DNA of 64,000 nucleotides from Callorhinchus milii (taxonomy: Eukaryota). This document shows, one piece after another, positions 1 through 13,100 of the stretch (its first letter is position 1; each line of letters starts with the position of its first letter). Made by a program: the position numbers and the translations under genes. Under the pieces are notes generated by a model. The model did not search any database. It was not told where the DNA came from and saw only the letters and a program-made list of their open reading frames with translations. The stretch lies in contig NW_024704742.1 in the NCBI RefSeq assembly GCF_018977255.1, positions 84,880,001 through 84,944,000 on the forward strand, read 5' to 3'.

Positions 1-950
1 TGGGGCACTGCTGGAGAGTAACCAGCTAAAACCACATAGCTTGCCATTGATATCTCTGTCTGGCAAGCTTTCCCATTGCTTCTCCAGCTCGGACCAGCCT
101 CCCCGTTAAGGTCAAAGTGCTTGCCTGTTATCGACAAGGCAGTCCACAAGACAAAGTCTAAGTGTAGATTAGAGAAGGAGAAACCTCTTGTGACAGATTA
201 TGGTGGCGTGACATGGCGTCATACACCGGGACCCTCTTCATGTGTGAGGTCTACAATCATGAAAGGTGGTGGGGGGAGGGGGGGGAAGAGGCATCAGATC
301 CTGACCTGTCCTCGCCCAGTGCCACACATTTACGTTCAGTCACCAAAAAGCCATCAGCAGGAAGAATCCCAACTGTTTATTCACATTTCCTAATCCAGGA
401 GGCTGACTGTAACATCCTCACTACCATCTTACCAATTTCAATTAAATACAGAAAATACTGAGCAATGATGGAAACTGTCCTTCCTCTGGATTCTTGATTT
501 CCTGTTCTCTTCCCTCTTCATAACTTTGCTTATTTATTGCAATTATTATTATTTATTTCAATACTTGGTCCTTCACGTTTGCAGATATAATGTAATAATA
601 ATCCTTGCATTTGATATAGTGCCTTATTACGTCATTGAGACATCTCAAAGCGCTTCACAGAATATATTGTACAGTGAATTGACTGTATATTATGTAGGCA
701 AAACTGGGCAGCCAATTGTGCACAGTAGTAGAAAGTTAGAGCTCATCCAGGACTTAATGTCTGAAAGGCAATCAGTCAGAACTGCAGTTGTTCTGGGAGT
801 CGAGGTTAGAGTCAGAGAGATAAGAGTTTGGTGGAAGTGGACCCTGTGCCTATGGATGACGATAGAGGATGGAGCATAGAACCCAGAGGAACAACGCACG
901 TGACTGTGTGGGAGTGGGAGGCAGAGAGGGGATTAGATCTCTTTACTCAC

Positions 951-1137
951 CAGATATTTTGGTTGATATTTGTACAGAGGCAGAAAGCTGCTCTGTAAAA
1001 GCTGTAATGTTCACTGTATAATTAGTCCCCGGCTGTAGGTCTAAACAAACCGCTGGGGAGATATCTGCAGTGGTGTAGTTAAACAATTCTGCAGTAAAGA
1101 AATCTCTTTGGTAGATTCTTTTCCCCCAGACCTGAAA
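951..1137 (-). CDS. SUSD1: SUSD1 exon (FN3-like, second half)
   Basis: tcttccag| 187 nt |[68 protein letters not shown]. Confidence 0.9.
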
Positions 1138-4100
1138 CTGGAAGAGAAAATATCTTGTGGCAAATACTCTGGAAAGCAAACATTGCATTCAGTTTTCCTG
1201 AACTTAACAGAAATTACAGGCTGCATACATTTTATAAGCAATCCTTGCATTTGGATTTCATAATAATAATAATAATTCTTGCATTTGATATATCACCATA
1301 CCACGTCTTTGAGATGTCTCAAAGCGCATCACAGAATATAGTGTAAAGTGAATCGACAATATATTTTTATGGGCGAAATGCGGCAGTCAATTATCATCAG
1401 CAGTGAGTATCATTTAAGTATCTATGGATAGTTACATATTAACAATAATATAATAATAAATAATCCTTGCATTTGATATAGCGCCTTATCACCTCGTTGA
1501 GACGTCTGAAAGCACTTCACAGGATACACGGTAAAGTGTAGTGACAGTGTATTTTGTGGGTGAAACGCGGCAGTTGATTGCACACAGCAGCATTCCACAA
1601 ACAGTGGTGGATTGAGTGATCAAATTATTATTTATTATTTTGAAGGGATTATTACTCCAGGAAAGCGATCCGCCAATCAACTAACAAACAGGTTCCTTAC
1701 TGTTAGGTAAACAGAGATGCGTGTGTATGAGAAGTCTGGAAACTTGCCCAACATTTCGCCCTGCCCAGCCGGGAATCGAATTGAACCCGGGTCCTCTCGC
1801 TTCCGAGGTGAGCGCTCTTACCGCTACACTATGGTATAAACTTCACGAGAATAATTCTCACACTCACAATGGTAGCAATGGTGCTGTTGTGCCAGGCCCA
1901 ATCTCCTATTCAGTGGTGGACTGACTATCCGGAAAATTGGGAAAATCTCCCGAATGTCCCGTGATTGACCGCCGTACCCCCATCAAATCGTACTCCTATT
2001 TTACTCCACAATTCCCAAGCCTTTTTGGGGAGTCAGCCATTACTGAACCCACTACTTATAAATACAGCACATGAAAATGGCGCCCACAATCGTTTTGTGT
2101 CAGCCCCACAAAAGGTTAATCCTCCAGCTGTCTACACATCACAACTTTAAAGCCATGCAGATAATTCTGACTCATTATTTTCCATTCTGAATTTGCACTG
2201 CAAATGTGTGTTTGTTTTTCTGTCTCAGCCTACTTTTGGTTTCACAGTTACTCACAGCCCCAGCCCTAAGGTCCTAAGGTCAAACCCCTTCACATGTATT
2301 CTCGTACATTGGAGAAATTCCTCCTTCACAATCCTCTTTGATCGTGCCTTCAGTCGCCCTCCCACCTCTCTGCCTTCCCTCACCTCTACCCTACCCCTCC
2401 CCGTGCTCGGGTTCTGACCCCTGACCGTCCAGCGCCTTCAGATGTCCTCGCGACGTGAAAGGCACTCTATAAATGTAATTTTGTTGTTGTTGTTGATCTA
2501 ACAGTAATTAATAGTACACACTCCATTCCTCTAACATTGAGGACCATCCCTCTACCATTGCTAAAACTATAGATCTTTTTGTTACCCACTTGCAAGGTGT
2601 CTTGTACAAAATGATTATACAGTATACAAAATCAGCTTGCTTGCCCTCACCAGGTATGTGTCCTTGGATATTGATTGCATTCGGTCCCTCTTCCACTTCA
2701 AGCAGGAGTTGTTAAACAGAATAACATTAAGATTTGTTTTCTTAACTGGAAACAAAATTTTTAAAAAAAGGAAACAGTGTAAATTGGTAAAAACAGACAT
2801 TGCTGGTAACAACAATCCGAATAATACATTGCTGGAGACTGATATACAGTAACTCAATCGCTCAACATAGCATCAATGTCAATCGCAACAATAATAACTT
2901 GCATTTATATAGTGTCCTTCACACCGGCTAGAGTCTTGGAGCACTGTACTAGGCTGTTCACAAAGTCCTGTTACCCCCATGTTTTTCTTGGATATCAATT
3001 GCATTATCAGTTAAAGTCAGTGCACTGACCACAACTGAAACGTGGAAGAATGATGATAATTGTATTTAGAAATACTTAATTGTATTCAGTACAAGTGTTT
3101 AACTGTATTCAGGCTTCCAGAGGATCAGTGTGTGTGAGAGCCATCATTTTCATGGCAGATAATGATCCTTCACTTTGTTCAGTAGCACATCTTCAGTAAC
3201 ATGATGGAGTCACAAGGTGAAATGCATCTCTGACAACTTGTTTCAGCTCCTCCATTGCCTTAGATCACTATTTTGTAACGGGGGTAACAGAACTTTGTGA
3301 ACACGCTGTACAGTAGCCGAGCAAGGGAGAGGGAGGAGGTGACCATAGGCATGGTTGAAGAGGTAAAGTCTTCAGGTGGGATTTAAAGATAGGTGGAAGA
3401 GGTGAGATGGAGGGATTGAGACAGAGATTGAGATTCAGAGATTATGTGCATAGTGGCTCAAGGCAAGACCACCAGAGGAGAACAAACACTCTCCTGCTGG
3501 AACTGTGAAGCCAGGGGTAAGTTAATGTTTCACCCAGTTCCTAATCCCCAGTTCTGGATGTATTTAGTTTAAGAATGTGGTTACCTTTACATAGCAGAGT
3601 CACTTCTTTCCACCTCCCTCCTTCAGTGCAGACAGACACGTTCTTCCCTGACACACTGACAAATCCATCCTGACATGTATACTGTACAGCACTCCCTAGC
3701 TTGCTGCTGTGGTTCCAGATCAGTACTGCATTCGGGATTGTTGGTGGGTTCCCACAGTTAATCTCTTTAAAAGAAACATCACAAATATGTTTGCCCTTCA
3801 CTTATGAATAGTTTTATTAATACAAGTTGAACTGCAAACAGCCATAGCATGTTTTTATATAACATAGTCAATGCTATGCTGTCACATTGCAGTGATATTG
3901 CTGGTCGCAAACTGACTGTAGCCCATTAGATACACCCAGTCACACCACTTTACAGTATATCCTGTGAAGCGGTTTGAGACATCTCGACAATGTGATGAGA
4001 GTCTATATCAAGTGCAAGGATTGTTATTATATCACACTGTGCTTTCCTGCATTCAGCTCCCACAAAGACCTGTCAGTGTGCGAGTCTTAAATTCAGTCTT

Positions 4101-7100
4101 AATTCGGCAGCTGGTTTACCACAGGACCCAGAAAGAACTGCACAAAATAAGTCTTTCAAATTAAAATGGAAATCAAAATGGTTTCCAAATGTTTGCACCA
4201 TCATATATTTTTCGCCCACAAAATATACAGTCAATTCACTTTACAGTATATTCTGTGAAGCACTTTGAGATGTCTCGAAAGGCACTATATCAAATGCAAG
4301 GATTATTATTATTCTTTTTGGACAATGGCCTTAAACCTAAGAACATGAGAGATTTAGAGCCCCAACTCACTATTGCTTTTTCATTCATTATCTTTTCAGC
4401 GTGATTTAATACCAAATTCCGTGCAATCTTTTATGCACTAATACCTCGTGAGCATTAGTTGAGGACGAAGCCAGTAACAATCAACTACTACCGGACTGGA
4501 AAGTACTTCATCTTTGCCGCTATGTGAAAATAAATGGGCTAAATATAACAATTTACACTTATACAACACCTTTCACATCGGGAGGATATCGCACAGTGTG
4601 GGTTGGTAGACCGAGCTCTAGGAGAGTTGGGGGAGGGGGTGCACCGAGGGAAATAAATAGGTGTTGGGGTGGATTTGAAGACATGGAGGGAGGGGCAAGG
4701 TGGAGGGATGGCAATCCAGGGAGCAGGGCCAAAATTGTTGAAAGCGATAGTGGGACAGATGAGGCGAGGGAAAGGAAATTAGCAGGCTGATAAACTTAAC
4801 ACATAATTGTGTTATTCAATAATACAATTGGTGCAGAAGTCTTGGCACAATATTCCCGGGAACATCAGTCTAAGTCTGTTTCATACAGACAAAAATACAA
4901 CTTACCTTTACAAATCAGAGCAGCTCCTTCCCACCGTCCTGTGACTGAGCAGACTGATATGCTGTTTCCCCCCTCGTTTCGATACCCAGGTTTACAGTGA
5001 TACCGGATTTCACTCGTATGGGTCGTGTTTCTCACCAATGGCAGCCATGCATTTGGCACCTGAGCTGGAGGCCCACAGTCTATAACTGGAGTTAAGAAAG
5101 GAATTGGGGAAATGATTAATAATAATAATAATCCTTGCATTTGATATAGCGTCTTATCACATCGTTCAGACTTCTCAAAGCGCTTCACAGGATATATTGT
5201 AAAATGGATTAACCATGTATTTTATGTGTGAAACGCCGCAGCCAATGATGCACAGTAGATTGCACCCCTAGCAACCTTGTGCAAACCTTCACACGTACAT
5301 ACAACAGAAGCTTTTTGCAGGAATCTAATCTCACATCCCTGAATCCTCTTCAACAACAGAGCCCAATGTGGATAAATGGACAAGTGAATAATTGGTGTGC
5401 ATATAACTGGCATTCTACTGTATCTGAATCCTTTGGTAATATTTACTGACTGTTATCTTCTTCTGATCAACTTCGGATTGTCACATAACATGTGTTCAGT
5501 ATTTATGGTACAGCTGTGAATACCTTCAGTATCAAAGTGATCTACAGCAATTGCATGAAGCTGCCTTGACATCTGCAATGACACTTGCCATTCACTGTTA
5601 ATGTCACACAATGGCAGTTCCCAAATTAATCTAGATCTATTTCTTAACTGTTTTAAACCATACATATGTGAAACTATCTAATTTGATTTCAAGATTCAAA
5701 AGCATGGTGATGAATTTCCACATCTTTCAGACACACCGGATGACTAAAAACACAATCTCTTTCACCAACTCGAGAGTCTATCTAACGGATTACGTCAGTT
5801 AGATAAGTAATTACATCAGTGATTAGATCAGCGATTGTAGCTCAATGTGAACAGGTACCTAAAGCTAAACATGTCACAAACACATTCTAAAAAAGTTAAC
5901 ATTTTGCATTAAAAATAATCAAACAATATTAAAGATTGTGCATTAGAAACTAAATTAGAAACCTTTGCAAATCAATGTGATGTTTTCCCACTGCCCCTTC
6001 ACTGTGCATACAGAAATGTTCCTTCCTCCTGCACTGTAAAATCCTTCCATGCACTCATAGTAGACTTGGCTCCCGAGACTTGTGGTTTGGTTACGGATCA
6101 CGTTGGCATTCTGCACTCCCGGTGGCGGGCCGCAATCAAGTTCTACACAAAAACACAATATGGAATTAGATCAAACACTCTAAATACTCCAACACTCAAA
6201 AACTTGGTTCGAAGGGAGTTTGTCCCGGTGTCCTGGCCAACAATCCTGGCTAGATAAATGCATCAAAAAAAACACAAAATACTGCAGATGCTGGAAATCC
6301 GAAACAAAAACAGAGAGAGCTGGGAAAACTCAGCAGGTCAGGCAGCATCTAAGGAGAAAGGAAAGTGAGTGAACGTTTCGGGTCCATGACCCTTCATCAG
6401 AACGGTCGTGGTGAAGGGTTATGACGAAGGGTCGTGGACCCGAAATGTTGACTCATTTTCCTTTCTCCATAGATGCTGCCTGACCTGCTGAGTTTTCCCA
6501 GCTCTCTAGATAAATGTGTCATTTATTTCAACACTGTTTGTGAGACTGACATGCAGAATGACTACTATGTTCGCACAGATTCATCACACTTGACAATAAT
6601 TGCCTGTAATGTGCTTTGAAACCTTTGAGGTGATAAAGCACTATACAAACACAAGTTCTTGCTTGGTGGATACCTAAATACATAGTTATATCCTGTGTGA
6701 CCCCAATGGCCAATTAACATAATAATAAGAATTCTTGCATTTGATATAGTGCCTGTTCACGTCTTTGAGATGTCTCAAAGCACTTCACAGAATATACTGT
6801 AAGGTGAATTGACTGTATATTTGTGGGCGCAACACAGCAGCCAATTGCGCACAACAGTGTCCCACAAAGAGTCGTGGATTGAGTGACCAAATTATGAGTT
6901 TTTTTTAAGGGATTATTATCCATGGAAAACAATCCACTGATTGACCAGTAACCAGGTTACTATTTACTGCTAAATAAACAGAGGTGTGTAGAATAACAAA
7001 AGTTGCCTAGATTCCATGAGTGTCTTGTGGCACTTAAGAACGCAAGAACATAAGAACAGGGTGAAACGTTGGACAAGTTTCCTTACTACACATGCCTCTG

Positions 7101-10100
7101 TTTATCTAGCAGTAAGTAGGAATCTGCTTGTTAGTCGATCGCTGTATCGCTTTTCCAGGAGTAATAATTCCTACAAAAATAAATTTAAAATTAATTTGAT
7201 CACTCAATCTACGACTGTTTGTGCGACACTTCTGTGCGCAATTGGCTGCTGCATTTCGCCCACAAAATATTCAGTCAATTCACTTTACATTATATTCTGT
7301 GAAGCGCTTTGAGACGTCTCGGAGACGTGCTATAGCACTGCATCAAATGCAAGGATTATTATTATTATTATAACATGAGAATTTTCTAGGCGAAAGAAAA
7401 CCAAGTTTGCCTTCCAGCATCCTGGCAGTCGCTTGACATATCATGTCCCAAACTATATACTGTATCCCAAGATATTATTTTCTAGCAGAAATCTATCTAA
7501 TTTGTTCTTGAAACAAAAAACGCTTCCACTGTCTCTCAAGGGAGCCTGCTCTATAAGTTTACTACTCGTTCGCTGAAGTAGTGTTTCCACAGTTTTCCGC
7601 AGAAATAGGTCCAACTTCATGCAGCAGAAACCAACAATACCGAGCTCACCCTATAACACTGCGCCAATTGCACAAAATAGAAACTGCCCTCGATAATAAT
7701 ACAATGAAAACAATCTTTACAATTTGCCAAGTTTATTTGGCAAGCTGCCTTATGAAGCCAAAACATCTCAAGAGATTCAAAGAGAACTGCTTTTCCATTG
7801 AAGTGACTGTGCATCTTGTCGGGAAATGTGGAGCTTGGTAATGCTTGGAGTAATGAATGTGTGATGTTTTGCCAGGACAGCTGCAGTGTTCTGACTCAGT
7901 TTAATCTTCTGGAGAGTGGAGATGGCAATGCTGGAGAGGAGAGAATTGCATACTCTATCATTGAGATAACAACAACAAATTACATGAGTACAGTGCATTT
8001 CACATCAAGGGGGATATCCCGAGGCTCTGGACAGTCAGGGATTCACACCCGAGCTGGTGGAGCGAAGTATGTAAAGGTTTCAGCAGCAAGGAGGTTAGGT
8101 AAGTGTAGACAGGGGCTCAATGGGGGGGAGGGGTAAGCAAAGAAGAAAGTGGGCAATGATCCAGAGATGGAATTACCAATTGGGTTTGAACCTCGGCTCA
8201 AGGTCAAGAAGAACGGCAAGGGTGAGGATTAGAAAATAAAATCCAAGGACTAAATTCAGCCTCCACATGCACCAAACTGCTGATTGCTTACAGTGAAGGA
8301 CATGGTCACAGTGACTAGCGCACAACCATAGCCACCTGGACCTCTGTCTATCCGTAGGGCCGGAATCCACACCAAATTCTCATCCAAACACTTACACTGG
8401 GACAAATATGAGGGACTATGACAAAAAAATTGCAGCCCAAAAACAAGGGGATTGAGTATCAGTGACATTTAACATTGCTCATCTCTATTGATCTGCTGAG
8501 CATTTATTCAAAGTTCCCAAACTGCCCAATATGGAACTTGTTATCAGCTGTCGGTAGGTATCCTTCTGGTTATCAGACCAGCCATTGCATTGAGCCAATC
8601 CTTCCTGAATCGTATGATATCAAGAAAGAAAACGATGCTGGTGGTTGAACAGCCTATAACGTGAAGCTCTGCGCAAACAACTTTAACAATTATACACAAC
8701 TACAATAAATATCAGCAATTTACAGAGACCTCTGATCACATGGGGCCCAGCAATTCACAGTGCATTACTAGTGCAGTAGTAGTGGGCGCCATCTCGTGTT
8801 TCTACAAGAAATAACATGTACTTGTACCACTTAACAACCAATTCACTTCAGTAAAGCATAAAAAAACTAACAACCAGAAAAGGCCATTTATCCAACAAGC
8901 TCACTCCTTCTAAGACAGCGTATAACCAACCCTTCACTCCTCTTGCTATGGTGGGGAGGGCAGGGGTAGAGTTATCATGCACTGTCACCGGGTGTTGTGA
9001 ATATTTTCTATTCATCTTCGTGTACTCCTCTTTAACTTGCCTTTGATCATCCTCCTTCCCCCACCTACCCTCCACCCTCCCCGATCCTGACCCTCAGCTC
9101 GGGTCCGAAACACTGATTGTCCAGCGCCTTGGGACGTCGTCCTCCTGACCTGAAAGGCGCTATACAAATGTAATTGTGCTTTTGTGTTGTTGTCGCCTTT
9201 GGTCACTTTCCTCCCCCTCCCCCTGGCCCGGCCCTGGGATCTGCAACTGTGAAGCGCTCTGAGACGCCGTCCGGCGTGGAGGGCGCTTTATAAATCCAAG
9301 TTGTTGTTGTTATTGTAGCACGTTTATCATAGGAAATCTCATTTAAAGTATATCATGATAATTCTGGTGCCGCTGATAGAGCCCTGCACATCAACCCTCA
9401 TTGTCCTGTTTAAAGCAGGTTTAGAGACATCCTGGGACACAGACCTGTACACTGGAGACTCGCTCCTTCCCACTGTCCCCGGGCAGAGCAGATTGAGGTG
9501 TCGTTCCCACTGACAGCCACGTAGCCAATCTCACACCGGTACACAGCTGTATTGCCGTAGGTTGTGTTACCGAGCAGGTACCACCCTGTTTTTGGGACAG
9601 CCGGTGGTGAGCCACAGTCAACAGCTGAGGAGACACAAAGATATTGGTTTAGTCTATTTTTTGGTGTTTCTCCTAAACTTATAAACAAGATGTATCTCTC
9701 ATCCCTGACATGTTACACAATGAGATGTTTTTTCCGATGTAATGGAATTTCTGTGATTTCCAAGTTCAGTGAATGTGTCTGTAACTCCCGTTAACTGTGC
9801 TCTGATAACACCGCTTGATCATTAAATGATCATTTGTAACAAGAGCCACTAACAAATCACTGGAGCCATTCACAATAGGATTGGGCTCTGGGTGGAGATG
9901 TGGTATGTTATCTACAGCAGCAGAAGGCCACAGTCAAGTTCCAAACAGCATAGCCATGTCTGTCCTTCACAACACTGGAACAATGTGGCTGGGTGGGCGT
10001 GCAAGCCTGTGCAAGCCTTGTACCTGGAACACTATTGCAAGCATTTTAATACTGCATTCAACTCACCAGCTCTTCAACAGACAGCTCACATGCAACTATA

Positions 10101-13100
10101 ATAATCCATGCATTTGTTATAGCACCTTTCATGTCAGGCGGACGTCTCACAGGATGTACTGCAAGGTGTAGTGACTGTGTTTCGTAGGAAAATACCTATC
10201 ACCGAGAGGCTGAAATCTCTCGGTTGTCAAACAACAAATAACAAATTACATTTGTATAGCGCCTTTCACGTCGGAAGGACGTCCAAAGGCGTTTGACAGT
10301 CAAGGATTTGGACCCGAGCAGGGGGTTGGGATCAGGGAGTGGAGGGCAGGGAGGGTACAGGTAAGTGGGTGCCCGAAGGCACGGTCGAAGAGGAGGGTCT
10401 TGAGACGTGCCTTGAAGGAGGCAAGGGAGGCGAAGGGACTGTGGGATGAGGTTCCAAAGGGTGGGGGCAGAGAGCCTGAGGGACCGAGCCAATAGTGGGG
10501 CAGGCAGGGTGAGGGACATGGAGCAGGCCTGCTGAGCGGAGAGGGTGGACACGTTGATATGGAGCTGTACACTGGAGCTATACACTGCAGACAGTGTTGG
10601 AGGATAATAATTAGGAAAAAGCTTACAGTCTTGGGTGAAAGAGAGTTTCTGTTAATGGGCAATTGTCTACAGAAAAGCTAACATGACCGAGAGAACGATT
10701 AGCACGAGGGCAAAGCATAATAATAATAATAACGTTTGCATTTGGTATAGCGCCTTATCATGTCGGACAACAGCAATAACAAAATTACATTTGGTATAGT
10801 GCCTTATCATGTCAGACAACAACAACATCAAAATTACATTTGGTGCATTACATTTGTGCCTTATCACATCGGACATATTCTCAAAGCGCTCCATACGATT
10901 TTACTGTGAAATGAAATAATAATAATAATCCTCGCATTTGATATGGCGCTTTTCACGTCTTCTCGACGTCTCAAAGCGCTTTACAGAATAAACTGTAAAG
11001 TGAATTGACTGTATATTCGTGGGCGAAACGTGGCAGCCAATTGCACACAGCAGTGTCCCACAAACAGTCGTGGATTGCAAATGACCAATTTACTATTGTT
11101 TTGTTTTTGGAGGGATTATTATTAGGCGTGTGGAGTAAGAAAACTGGCCCATGGTTCCGTCCTGCCTGGAATTGAACCCAGATGTCTCGCTTGCAAGCCA
11201 AGTGCTCTAACCACTGAGCTACAGGACTCCACTTGACTGTATTTGTTGGAAAACACAGCAACACAATTGCACACAGCAATATCCCACAAAGGTTAGGGTT
11301 AGGAGTGAATGATCAATTTTATTTGGGGGCTTGTTGGCCAGGACACCAGAGGAAACTCCCTTCTCTTTTCGAATAGTGTCATGGGACCTTTAACATCCAC
11401 CTGAACAGGCAGACGGGACCTCAGTTTAACGTCTCACCTGAACGACAGCACCTCTGACAATTCAACACACCCAGCACTGCATTGGGCTGTCAGCTTATGT
11501 GAGTTCAAGTCACGACTAAAAGGCGAAAGTGCTATCACTGAGCCAAGCTGACACTAGCATGCACAAGAGCAAGACGTGTGCCAATAGCTTGGGGGCTGTG
11601 CCGATTGTTCGGGTGGGTCGCAGGCTTACCAGTGAGTTCCTCTGGGACCTTATCAGTATTTCCATCAGATCCCAGTTCCTGTACACAGGAAATCAAGCTT
11701 CATTTAGACTTGCTTGCGTACTTCAGTGACAGGGAAGCTGAACTTACTGCTCAACATGATGTTGCTGTGCTTCTCTTTTGTAAAGTCTAAAAGGACAGTG
11801 AGTGGCTCTGCAAGGTAAGAAGACTCCCTAATTTGTCACAAAATCTAATATTTATGCTGCCATAACTGGTTCCAAATACAGAACCAGAACCAGTTATACG
11901 AGTGATTTTTACATCTCGGCTGAGTATGTAGATTAACACACCTTCAACCTTCAGGCTGGCAAGGAATAACCACACAAAGTGCTGTATGTTTTTTAACACA
12001 GGAACACAGGAAAAGGAATAGGCCATTCAGCCCCTCAAACCTGTTCCGCCTTCAATTAGATCATGACTGATCTGTACGTCAACTCCAAATAACACGTACA
12101 AGTACAGGTAAGGATCCTTGGATGTGAACCTTTTCAATGTATTCCATGCCTGTCCATATACTCCAGAACGGGACTGAATTTCAGACACCATTTCATTAGC
12201 AATATAGAGATGACTGAGGATTGTACCAATTGACCCTACCTGGATGATCTCCATTCTACTGATTTGGCAGAATTTGGCAAAATATACTCGTAGCAAGAGA
12301 TGTGTAATGGTTTGACTGCTGGGGAACATCACACATTGTCCAGTTTAAAGCATATGTAAGAAATATTCTGGTGCACAGACCTGTACACTGGAGACTCGCT
12401 CCTTTCCACTGTCCCCGGGCAGAGCAGACTGAGGTGTCGTTCCCACTGACAGCCATGTAGCCAATCTCACACTTGTACACAGCTGTACTGCCGTAGGTTG
12501 TGTTACCGGTATGGTACCGCTTTGTGTTTGGGATAGCCGGTGGTGAGCCACAGTCAACTTCTGAGGAGACACATAGACATTGTTTTACATTAACATTCTG
12601 TGGGTTTCTAAACTGTGGTTCACATTACATGTGTTATAATAGGATCCTTACAATATAACAGATTCAGACGCTAATCCTTCAATATAAAGAGTAGATCTGT
12701 TCAATAATGTCATTTTTTTAAATCAGCCGGGTATCTGACATTTTTGAAACCCCATCACCTTGCTTCAGACTATCCAAAACAAACTGAGAATTTTATGCAT
12801 CCCACCTACACATGTAATAATTCAATGAGATCTGTACAGTGTGCAAGTCTCAGCACAGGATTTCCCTCAAGCCAATGGCAATGACCCACAGATAGACTGA
12901 GATATTAATATAAGAGATATATAGGGATCTGGCACATGAGAAAGAAAATCAGAAAGAAAAAGTCGCCACCAGAGAACATCACATATTGCCCTGTTTAAAG
13001 CAGGTTAGAGACATCCTGAGACACAGACCTGTACACTGTAGACTTGCTCCTTCCCACTGTCCCCGGGCAGAGCAGACTGAGGTGTCGTTCCCATTGGTAT

